A stretch of 64,000 bases of DNA from Phoronis australis. Its lineage: Eukaryota > Animalia > Phoronida. The translations under genes and the position numbers were made by a program. Where the stretch lies: contig NMRA01000009.1 in NCBI GenBank assembly GCA_002633005.1, forward strand, positions 1,757,858 through 1,821,857. The letters run 5' to 3'. Under the pieces are notes generated by a model. It saw nothing but the letters and a program-made list of their open reading frames with translations, had not been told where the DNA came from and did no database searches. Positions within the stretch are counted from its first letter, which is position 1, and the number at the start of each line of letters is the position of its first letter. Below, piece by piece: positions 49,873 through 61,281 of the stretch.

Positions 49873-52800
49873 ATGGACAACACGCCGGTTAAATCCGCCA
49901 GGTCTGTGTGCTTTGTATGTGGTTCAAGCCAACGTCTGTTGAACATTACAGCGGAATCAAAACACTTGCTGTCACACCACCTGCATGTTTGTGTTATGGA
50001 GGGTAGTATCTGTAGTTTTTGTTGTGCCAAATTAGAAACAATTAACAAGAAGACAACAGAATTAAAGAAGTTATATGACCAAAACATCGTTCATAAAAAA
50101 AGAATGCCATCAAAGGCATCAGCAACTGTGACCACACCGCAGTTGAAACGTGGACGTATCCTGGGTGGATCGCCTGAGAAAATTAGTGCACAGAATTACT
50201 ATCGACCAATTTTGCCACTGCCGGGTAGCAGGATTCCTGTAAGAAGTCCACATAAGGAACCTGTGGAGAGAGATTCTCTAAACCGGCGTGTACTAAAGGA
50301 AACAACTGCAAATGTTAAAGCATCTGCCAAGCGAAACCTCTTAGCAGATCACCAATACAGTAGAGACAAGACTGTTCCTAAACCAAGAAGCAACAAAAAA
50401 AACAAGACAAGAGATCCTGTTGCTGTCGAAGTTGAGCAATTAATTCAACTGTCTCCATCCACAGAAACCATATCAGCATCTGAATATTCCAGGATAGTAC
50501 AGGCTATACAAACGAAGAGTGTCTCCCAAATTGTGGATGCTATCATGTGTGTTTCCAAGATAAGGAATTGTGTTGTAGATTGGTTAAGTAAGTACTTCTC
50601 TGCTGCCATAGAGTGGTATGGCAAGAAAACAGGGGACAAAGCCTACCTCAGTGCCATTGGATATGATGACTTGGTAGAATTTGAATGGAGCAAAATAGTC
50701 AACGAAGCATCACAGAAAGTACCACTACTGCTCAAAATTATTCTTCGAGTTATGTTACCAGTTCATAGACAGACATCGAGTAATGTAGAGGGACTGTTGC
50801 CTCGCATCGGTATGATGTGGTCTATGATGTTGCAGGCTCGCTACGACTACTTGAGTAGGGCAGCAAGAGTCATCACTCTGTGCTTGTGTGACAACAACGT
50901 TGATCAGAAGGTTTGTGTAGCATTTATAAAAATTATAGAACTCAGAACCATTAGACTACTTTTATGCAAACTTGTCATTTTTATTCATGCACACATCTAA
51001 TTTATGTGTAAAATACATGCATTTCTGAAACGTTACAACTGGAATATGATGACCTGTGATTGGTAAAATTATTCATGGAATCTTAAATGTGTTACCTCAG
51101 AGTTTTGAGCTTACCCAATATTATTTTAACTTGGAATATCGATCGGCTGCCCTGACTTCAAAATTCTAGGAATTGTTTTTCTGTCAGTTCCACCTCCATT
51201 TCTGGTGAAGAAATCACTAATTCAATTAATTTCAAAATACTGAACCAAGGTACACTTCATTCTGCGTAGCTTTGAAGCAATGCCCCCTTGAATTATCCCA
51301 ACATTGTTATCTAGAAAATTGTAGAATGCTGTTGAAATAAATTGTGTATAATGGTTCAATTTCATTAGTAATGTTTCATTATTGTTTTGTTTTTCAGGAC
51401 AATTAATGCTGCTGAGGTTAAGTGTGTCTGGATACTTTGGATAATGGAATCAGTGGGAGACTCGAAATTCACCAGGAGACGCTTAGGTCATACCTTTGTA
51501 AATGTAGGCATACAGGTAGTAGTTACTTTGGACTTGAAGCCCACAGATGTGCCCATTTGCCATGAAAAAGTCACCCTTTTGAGCGCCACATCCCATACAT
51601 TTCTTTGAGATTACCTGGACCCCAGGCCCCAACATGACAAAATGCTCTCCATCCATTCAGATGTGAATAAATAGGAAGCTTTATTCATTCGCTCTACCTA
51701 GCGAATATCGAGTCACCCATTCGTATACCCTGCTAACTGCATGCTGTATAGTGACTAGTGCTTTTATGGCTGATTCTGCTGGACTGGTAGCTGACTGTGA
51801 TTACTAGTTAATCTAAAACATAGTTAGTGTAAATAATTCCAATGGTTGCAACCTACCATTCATTTTAGTGTCTTCTTCCAAACTAACAATATCACCATCA
51901 TCATCTCTAATGCATTTTGATATTGATAATACTTAATAAAAGATGCCTTGTGTTACCAAAAGCCACAAGGTCACCGGTGTACTGCTGTTTTATCAATTTC
52001 TCATAGTCACAGACATGATTCATCACACGGTAATCGTACATAGTGTCACTTTGATTATAACGAGTCCATTAGAAGTATGGCATCTGTGACATGGGTTTTA
52101 TTGTTTGTAAATTGTTCACTAGCCTATGTGTTTTGTATTGTCTTCACTAACACTCCCACGCTCTTCCTTGTCATAGATATCATGAACATATGTTTTAATG
52201 ACATACTACTTTTTAGGTATATGATCGTTTGGATACACTTGGTGTGTGCTTGTCTTATCCTTCTTGTCAAAGACTTCTGAAACTCATTGGAGACCACTAT
52301 AAGGATGAAGTAGTCAAAGCAGTGAAGGAAAACAAAAGGTATAATTGCATGTTTGAGTGTATGGTACCCAAGCAAACATTTCTTCATGATCACAGAAAAT
52401 TCCACCATGTAAGCTCAACACTAGAAGGCTAAGTTTTACCTCAAAGTTGAAAGTTTCTTTGGCACAATTGGTGATATTAGTAACATTGTTTCAAAATGCC
52501 TGAGAGGCAACAAAAACACTCTGACACCGAACACTGTTTAAGGTTTTTGAAACCAAGTCCTCGGGGAATTTTAAATTCTGTAGTTTTGCACAACTGCAGT
52601 AATTGGAAGATAGTTTGTATAATCAATTAGGCTCACCTAATGTATACGAGTTTGTGTAGTGGTAATCTTCACAGGGTCATCATATCAGTTCTCATGTTTT
52701 TTGTCCTCGTAATGTCAACTGAATTCTTTTCAAGTCAAACTGTCATTGCAACTCGTCTATCAGTATTTGCTCAATGCGATACAACATACTTTATATCTAT

Positions 52801-55800
52801 AAAGAATATTTGTATCTGTTAAAGGTTCAAGCTTGTTGGCGACAACATCAACTGGGTTACAGGAGTAAGCGAACAGAGAACTGATCACACCACAAAGGTT
52901 CACCATGCATTTGGCTCGATGGCAGTGGTGCAGAATGTGAATTTTGATCATTTGCCATCAGATTCACCGCAACAGAATTATTGGGAGGTGAACATGAAGC
53001 AATATCTAATGACTGAACATGAATGGATGGAATTGCGCAGTAACTACGTAATTCTTATTGCAAGAGTGGCAAAGAAATTGTTCCCAGCATTAGCGCGTCT
53101 CCCAGTGAAAGAAATTAGAGGAGTGCTGGCTGAAGAGCTGAAGGCCCAAACTAAAGTTGTCCCTCTGCCAGTGCTGTTCAAAAATGAGCAGTACTATCCT
53201 GATGTGGTTGATATCATGAAGTTCTATGAAGAGTTCATACAAGTAATTAAAAATTAAATTTATGACAAAAGTCAACTGAACAGGAAATTGAATAATATAC
53301 AACAGTAATGACATTTAAGACAATGCCCCATTTCAGGTGTATTCGTTCATTTTTCCACTGAACGTAGAGCAACATATGTCTTGTAAATCTGTAAAGAACT
53401 GTTTGCAGCAACTGCATTGTACTTGCTATGGCTTGAAGCAAGATTGGTAACTCTGTTACAAGTGTACCGAGGTCAAACAAGCGCTTTTGATCTATTTGTT
53501 GAACCATAACGGGGAAAGGCTATGGACTCCCAAATCACATAATTCTGGTTTTGTAATACAGAAGCTATGTTCTGAAGATTGGCGTTACTTTTATCATTTC
53601 TCATGACAGGAAGTAACTGTGCAGTAACAATTGACAAAACTGCTTCTGGTTCAAATTGTGAGAACCAGGATTAGTGTTCCTTTAAGTAACAACACCATTT
53701 TCACAAACTTGTATGAATACAATACAATGCATTGCATTTATATTGCGGTCACTGGCATGACTGTAAACTCATATTATTTGCTGTTATAATGGGGAATGTG
53801 CACTACCGTATTATGAAGGCCCACCTGTCTGAGGGACCGTTGCTCTGAAACTTCGAAATTGTCTTTTGGAATGGTGGTATGCAATGTTGTACTAATGTAC
53901 CTACTCTTTGTTTTGTTTTTTTTTTTCAGTCAGTGTTCACAGAGGCACAAAAAGATAAAGCTAAAGTTCAGACTGGAGGTGATCAGCTCACACGAGAAAG
54001 GTTTTCGGGGGCTAAACGACTGATGGTGAATGAACTAACACCAGAGGGCCGCTTTGAATACTTAAGTCCGATAACTAATGAGTTTTTTCACCTATTGCTC
54101 AATTATCTTATTGCCTTTTTCAAACAACTTTATGATAGTGACTCTGACCAAGATGTGGGAACAATGAAATCTGAACAAACAAGACTACGTAGAAGTAATG
54201 TTGACAAGGACGTAAGAAAGGCTTATTCCGAGGACAAGGATTTTACCCTCTCATTTATCAATGCCTATATTGCAGAGGCAATACTGGATCATTTCAAAAT
54301 TACTGCTATTGATTCTGCGATAGAAGCTGTACCTGAAAGTGACGACGAGTTGGAACTGTGGATGCAAAGAGAACTTGGAAGCATTGTGGACAAGTACGTC
54401 GCACCAAACATGATGGAAACCATACATTCATGGCATAACAACCAGGAACAAGTTCAAGGTTTGATGTGTCTGTGCACTCAAATCATTTAAAACATGTTTA
54501 AATCATTGGTTATTTGTAGGGTTACATGTTACACATTCTGACTGCTCATTTATTGCCTAAAATGTCATTGTTGCCAGTTGACAGAACTGACATGAGGAAT
54601 TATAAAAGACTGGCTTAATTGTGTTCAGCGAAACTTGTAAAATCTTATTTTTAATAAACTCAGCCAATTAAGATTCAATGGAATGGAGCTATATTTGTAA
54701 GACGTAATCCACAGTGTTACATTAGTTTGCTAGCCATACCACAGAATTTAATACGACTATAGCAACAGTCTTACTTACATGTGTTTCAATAACTATAAGT
54801 AAGCAATGATCAGAGAGTGACACTAAATCACGTTACAACAACTAATTTACACCAAATCATGTGAACGTAGGATGTTCATTCATTCTCCAAAAAGGAAGAA
54901 TGTCCTTAACATTTTTCAATACTATCAGAAATTATCCATTATGAAATGTCCATTTTCAGATGCTCTTGGGTGTGGCATGTTCAGTATTGTGACATAATTT
55001 CTTAACAGGGACATCATTTGTACCACTTGCAGTTTAAAGATAAACTCCATGTTTTGGTTCTAATGACTGAAACGATACACATATATTCAATGTCGTTAAT
55101 CATGAATTCTGTTATTGGCATTTCAGAAGATGGTCATGTATTGTTTCTTCGTATTGGTGATAGTCGTTCTGTCCAAGAAGTCATTGTACCAACACAAGAT
55201 AAAGTTAAAGACTATGGTCATTTGGTGTTGGAGATGGGGTTACTATATATGGAACTGTTGGACATGGTTAAAAACCCAGACCGCGACAGAGGAATTAGAG
55301 TTCTGAAGCTAGCAATGGTTGCTTTTAAAAGCAACAACAACTTATCAAAATATGCGAATGAGATACTAAGGTTTCTAGTGCACCAACTGACTCGGCTCTC
55401 TGAAAAAGAAGCACATGAAGAATTTTATGGATTGTTCGTTAACACTGCAGGCAAATTTGACTCTCACATACCAGCAGATGAGAGGATGGAGTACCTTGTC
55501 GGTTCTGTAAAGAAACATATCAAGCACATGTATTCCAACCAAACGGAAAGCTTTGTTACAGCAAAGAGTAGTGCACTAGCTGGACTGCATGAAATAAGTG
55601 AAAACTTTGACCGTTGTAGTAATGTCGTGGTCAGATCAAAGAAACACACTGCTCGTTCGGCTCTAGAAGATGAAAAACTTATGATAACAGATCTCCACGT
55701 CATGAGGCCATTTCAGTTTATACCAGGACGATACCACAGTAGATTTCGAAATGTGAAAGGTAGTTTAGTAGAACAAATTAACTCGTGTGAATTACTTCAG

Positions 55801-55848
55801 TGGATTCACAGAAAGAACCACGAGTTTGCAACTGAATTTGGCAATTGA
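49873..55848 (+). CDS. Academ-type transposase (DUF6589-like DDE core), exons 49873-50910, 52217-52338, 52825-53242, 53930-54458, 55127-55848, ~942 aa
   Basis: All introns are GT-AG with compatible phases (total 2829 nt). N-terminal CxxC..CxxC. Candidate catalytic motifs LVGDNIN, GGDQLTRERF, EFFHL and IPADERME. Confidence 0.85.
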
Positions 55849-55890
55849 ACAGTTGTTTACTAAATGAAATCAATGGATGAGAACAAGTTA

Positions 55891-56162
55891 CCGTATTCGT
55901 TCTAATGAGCGCCCAGGGAGCTTGGAAAATTTGTTTTGGGAGGGAGGGCACTTATTTTAGTCTAATGCAGTTGAAATGGTTGAAATCAAAGGTAGTCGGA
56001 TATTACTGATAAACTGAAGACCTTGCTGTAGAATTTTAGAATTGTAGGTTAGGCATTTTTCACAAGTATACACCTTCATGTGTTAAGCACTTATTTTAGC
56101 GAAGTCTGAAAATGCGTGCAGGGCGCTTATTGGGGCATGGGTGCTTATTAGGGCGAATACGG
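55891..56162. mobile_element. Tc1/mariner(pogo)-type MITE nested between the two element genes
   Basis: TA|CCGTATTCG...CGAATACGG|TA with ~25-bp imperfect TIR. Confidence 0.8.
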
Positions 56163-56433
56163 TAATACATATATTTTGCTCAAAGTGATTTTCGTCACCT
56201 GTACAATGGTTTCACAATAGCCTATAAGCATTCTCATGCTATTCACAGTCTTTATCAATACATACACTGTATGTAAATATCAAACAACAACAAGTATGGT
56301 ACTAAGCACTTTTCAATTTTGTACAAACAAAAGCAAAATTGTGCATAACAAATTCTAGTAATTAAAATGTAATGCAACAACCAGCTGTACACCAACTCCA
56401 AAGTACCCAGTCATATCCACAAACAGTATCAAT

Positions 56434-59400
56434 TCAAAAATGTGAGCACTCCACACATGTGCACACTTGTGTGCAAACATCGCAACAGTCATGTAGATGC
56501 CCAAGTGGATCTCTGTCAAAGTCCATTTCAAACAAGTTGCATATAAATTCTCTTCTGCATGTTGTCAATTTACAATAGTCTCTCATTTCTTCTGTCATCC
56601 CAGTCACATTTGATGCAATATCAGAAAAGTTGTAGTATAAAGTTGCTGTCGCAGTCTGGTTATCACGACCAGCACGGCCAATCTCTTGTATGTATGCTAA
56701 AAAATACATGCTACACATAAGTTCACTGGTTATTACTATCCAATCAAAATTTTTATACTATTTTAAAAATTCTCAAGACTGGAACAAAGGTAATTGGTAA
56801 AATCAACACTTTTAATTGTCAAAAGCTTACAACATTACAACAAAAGTGCTGAGCATTTTACCAAAGCCCTTGCAATTTCTGTCGTCTGTTCCATACACAC
56901 CAAATTAAATTTCACTAAGTCTGGCACGCTGTGCTCTAAACTGGAATTTTTTACCGTAAACTCGACACATAAAGTAAACTTTGGAAAAGGTATATTGATC
57001 TGGCATAAGTCATATACATCATTCAGTAGTAATTTGTAACCAAAGCACAAGAAATCATCTGAGATGTGAAGTAAAAATCCTGTTTAGCCCACTGTGTTAA
57101 GTGGACAGTAAGTCATTATCTTAGATTTCACCTAAATAATTGGTAATGTATATGTACTACATGCAACATCCCTTGGCTACAGGACCCCAGAAGAAGCGAT
57201 GACTTAAACCAAGGGACGACTTACATGCAAGTATGAGTCCAGGGGAGGTTACTCACATAAACAAGGTAACCGCAACCTCGTACCAAAAGTTTTAAATTTT
57301 GCAGGACCTATGCACAATTCAATAGGGCCCCCCCTTAAATTTGAAAGATTGGTTGGCACAATTGGAAACATTAGAAACATTGTTTCGAAATGACTGAGAG
57401 TATGCAAGTGTAGGCCTAGGTCACTAAGTTTACATATACAGCAATCATGAAGAAAAACAAGTTGAAATTTTGAGCATGCAATGTAATGAGCTTTTGGAAA
57501 ACGGAGAAAATAATTTTGGCAAATTATTATTTTTGTTTGAAGTTGCCGAAAAGATGACCATAATTAACAGTTTTGCAATAATATGTTACTGACAGAGGTG
57601 TAACGTTAATTGCTGCTGTCTTGTTTGATTAATACAATCGTATGCATTGACGTACTTTCCATGCATCTTGGTACACCAGCATGTACTATTCGCCTGATGT
57701 CAGGGGCGTCAACACCCATTGAGTATGCTTGCGTTGCAAACAACAGTCGCAGTTCTCCATCTCTTTCCTGCATACGTCTGACCACAGCTGCTTTTGTCTG
57801 AAATAAAATGAAACAGTCAATGATTTAACAAACACTCAATTGAGATCTAATTGTAGGAATGACTCTATAAGTGCAAATTACCAGACAGCTGGGAGATTAC
57901 AAACACTGTTTCGAACAAAATCATTGCAATCAACTGAAACCCGTCTTAAGCGACCACTCAAAGGAAGTAGCTGAGGCAGTTGCCTAGGACAGGTGGTTGT
58001 TTAAAAAAACATTGCAGGTAGTTCGATACCTGAATAACATCGGACTGGCCCAGGCCATATAGGTTGGGCCAATTGCACAAAGCACCAGGTGGTTGTTTAA
58101 TACAGGTCACAAAATTTTCAGTCATGACCTCCGAAAGGTCAGTTTACATTGAAAATCATTTGACAATTGAGGGTGGTAGCTGAGGGCAGGTGGTAGCTGA
58201 ATATATTTACACATTTAGGCGCATGTGCCTATATCTAAAATAAAACATTTTGTTGAACAAAAATGTTTACTCACTGCAAGTGTGCCACACATAGGTGCAT
58301 GCGCCTACTAGTATGTAAGTGGGTGTCCATGTATGTCTTAATTGTCCTCAACACAAGCAAATGACCCTGTGTGAAGCATTTTTATACAACCTTGCTTCAC
58401 TGATTGCACATTTTCAGGGACCGTCAGTCAAATAAGTCAATCTGATAAGTTCACTTTTGAAATTTAATGTAATCAGATGACTGACAAGTTGTAAGAATAG
58501 TATGATAGGATGCACCTATGTCTCAAGCATCACCTTCAAACCATCTACTCAAATGCTTCGTGTAAAGGTGCATGCATCTAATTCTGGATATTGGCCCAGC
58601 TATTAATATATTTGTATGCAACTAAATGCAAGCTATGTGGAAACAAAAAAAATCCACGAAATGCTCAATTGTACTAACCTGGTGGTGCATTGGAGCATGA
58701 AACTGGGCAACTTGACCGTGGGTGACTGGAGATGGCTGACCCCTCAAATCTCGCCGCAAAGCTAGTTCCTGGCCATAGCCACACCATCTCAGGGTACTGT
58801 ATACGACAGTTTTAGGAAAGTCATGCCCGTTCACTTTAAGCTCCTCAATTAATGGCTCCAAGATGTAGTCATAGCTGGACTGGACTGTGTTGCTGCCACC
58901 AGCACTGGGAGGTCTCCTCTCAACCACTAGTTTTATATTCTGTCTGTCTATAGACTTGCAGACAAGAACAGTGTCATGCATGCCAAGTCCAGCTTGGATA
59001 TCCTCACGCATGGTTTTGCCAGCCGTGGCAGTCAGAGCCAATACTTTTGCTTGCGGAAAGATGGCACGCAAGTCCTTAATTCGGGCGTAATCTGGACGAA
59101 AGTCATCACCCCACTGGACAACACAGTGTGCCTCATCAACCACAATGGTCACATCCTTAGTTTGCCATCTTTCACTCAAGAAAATGCTCATGGCAGAGTC
59201 ATGTAATATGTCTTCAGGGTGACCTAACACAAACGATGGACATGCCAACTTCAACTTTTCACTCATACCTTTCCCTATGCGTACGCACAAGTCGCCCAGC
59301 CTTTGCTCCTGTTCTTCAATGATAGCGGTCAGGGGACTCAACAAGATTATACAACAGTTGGTTCGCCCAATCGCGTCGAGATAGTGCGGCAAACATTCAA

Positions 59401-59587
59401 AGATTAATGACTTGCCGTAGCCCGTTGGCAATACGGCTAAAGTATCCTTCTCGGCTACAGATATTAAACTCTGAAACTGACCAGGTCGTAGAAAAGTATA
59501 CTGGGTTTTTCTGAGATTATTTACGCTATACAGAGACAACTTCGTTTGCAAAGACCTTGACAACGCTATACATTTACTGTCGGCCAT
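56434..59587 (-). CDS. RecQ-like superfamily 2 helicase (element-encoded), exons 59587-58679, 57797-57656, 56696-56434, ~437 aa
   Basis: LPTGYGKS (I), DEAHCVVQWGDDFRPDY (II plus aromatic loop), LTATA (III), ATQAYSMGVDAPDIR (V), YIQEIGRAGRD (VI) and RQC-type Zn motif CRR...CCDVC. No winged helix or HRDC. Exon phases 0 and 1 join in frame (1314 nt). Confidence 0.9.
57930..58205. mobile_element. Decayed mariner/Tigger-like MITE in the helicase intron
   Basis: CAACTGAAACCCGTCTTAAGCGACCAC start and repeated CAGGTGGTTGTTTAA / CAGGTGGTAGCTGA motifs. Confidence 0.45.
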
Positions 59588-60169
59588 ATTGTTTCTATGT
59601 TGCAAACCTAACCAATGACTACTAAGGTTACATCAACCAATGATAAAACGCGAGCTGTCGGGTGATACCTGCGTGCTGGCTGGGCTAAGCACGCAGGGAA
59701 CCAGCGAGGTGCGGTCAACTGCACTTGTCAGAAACAACATAAGTTTGTCACAGCATAGATATTCGTCTATAGTCTATGGTCACAGGGCTCATAGCAAGGC
59801 ACTCTGATTATTTACTGGCAATGATCGTCGGGTGTTTTTCGCAGGTAAGATTAAGTATTGTAAACTGTTGGCCTGTGCTAGTCCTTATAAGTTTAAAAAT
59901 TCTACTGATAATCAGTTATGATTTGCTGCCAGGTCTCCGACTGTGCTGTGGGAGACCCGTTCCATGTCCGTGGCCGTGGGTAATTTCCGAAAATAGGTCC
60001 ATGCCATGTTGGATACTCAGAGAACAACCTTCCAAAAACTGCTTATTTTGGGTAAGGGGAGTGGAGAATTTTCTGAAACTTTGTCAAACACTGTGTGATG
60101 CGTATGCAAATTTGAGAACACCGATGAAGGGCACTCAGATTTACATACTTCAGTGTTCAAAGTGTGACA

Positions 60170-61120
60170 TAGGCAATGACCATCGCCTCTGTTGGCCCGA
60201 ACCAGAGGCGATGTAGAGGCTATAGGCGCTCTGTATGCCGGAAGCTTTTCGGCGAATTATGCCTCGCACCGACTAAACCATCAAAGTCACGTTGTTATAA
60301 ATACCTTTTGCGCATAGAGGAACACCTTAGGAGGTTGTCGGATGTGTTTAAGACTTAAACAGTTTAAGTCCTTCCAACTCCAACAAATACTCCCGTTATG
60401 AAACTTTTTGTTCGATCAGTCCCTATTTCAGTTCCCAAAATCGTGAAATCAAAATTTTCATTTTTTTTTAACCAGGTCGAAGGTCAGAAGTTGCGATCCT
60501 ACCGGCGAACTTTGAAAGCAGAAGTTCCCGCCCTTTGTGTACGTGCTGCCGGGAACCAGCCGTGCATTTGCCGTGTTGTTAAACATTAAAATGTCAAATA
60601 TGTGCACAAAGACTATTAAATGTCATATCAACAGCATTTATTTTTATCAAATACGAACAATAATTCATTGAAATACAAACAGTTTCAAGTAACGCCAATT
60701 AAAGACAAGTATAAGGGGTGGCATTTTGGAAACGGACATTTGACTGACAAGACCGCAATGGCTCACCTTTGGCCTATTTAAAAATTCTTGAGGTTATGAA
60801 GTCACATCACCTAGCGAGCGCGGTAAAAATTGGAGCGTGCGCAGTACAAACATTTTGATTTCACGATTTTGGGAACTGAAATAGGGACTGATCGAAGAAA
60901 AAGTTTCATAGCGGGAGTATTTGTTGGAGTTGGAAGGACTTAAACACATCGACAACCTCCTAAGGTGTTCCTCTATGCGCAAAAGGTATTTATAACAACA
61001 TGACTTTGATGGTTTAGACGGTGCAAGGCATAATTCGCCGAAAAGCTTCCGGCGTACAGAGCGCCTATAGCCTCTACATCGCCTCTGCTTCGGGCCAACA
61101 GAGGCGATGGTCATTGCCTA
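60170..61120 (-). mobile_element. TAG...CTA family copy C (951 bp), non-autonomous AcademH-like
   Basis: Near-perfect ~280-bp TIRs starting TAGGCAATGAC; 9-bp TSD AGTGTGACA (60161-60169, 61121-61129). Confidence 0.9.
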
Positions 61121-61281
61121 AGTGTGACACTGACACTGACAGCGACTTAAATGTGTTAGGCAGCGTTGTTTGTGTGTTTTCTGTTTCAACGAAAACCCGT
61201 TGATGTTTTAAATATAATAATCTTTCGATTAGAATAAAATTTATATTAGAAACGTCAAAGTGATATTCACAACAGAACCAT

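Larger units (their letters stand above)
49702..59708 (+). mobile_element. Autonomous AcademH-type DNA transposon (10,007 bp)
   Basis: Perfect 10-bp TSD GTGCGGTCAA (49692-49701, 59709-59718), 20-bp perfect TIR CTCGCTGGTTCCCTGCGTGC plus an inner 19-bp block GCCAGCACGCAGGTATCAC, and convergent transposase and RecQ-like helicase genes. Helicase plus 9/10-bp TSD defines AcademH. Confidence 0.9.

Noticed and set aside
51387-51608. Extra transposase exon after the TTTCAG at ~51398
   Set aside because: Exons 1 and 2 already join in frame into a plausible sequence (VDQK|VYDRL), and this segment has no recognisable motif.
56434-59605. RecQ-like ORF as a host repair gene (BLM/WRN/RECQL)
   Set aside because: Minimal core without winged helix, HRDC or N-terminal domains, paired with a transposase inside TIRs and a 10-bp TSD.
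49702-59708. ProtoRAG/Transib (RSS-like asymmetric ends)
   Set aside because: No CAC heptamer-like terminus, TSD is 10 bp rather than 5, and no RAG1/RAG2-like motifs; only the spacer asymmetry is analogous.
47207-61120. B + autonomous element + C as one 14-kb composite transposon
   Set aside because: Outer flanks (TAATGCTAG vs AGTGTGACA) do not match, and C and the central element each have their own TSD.
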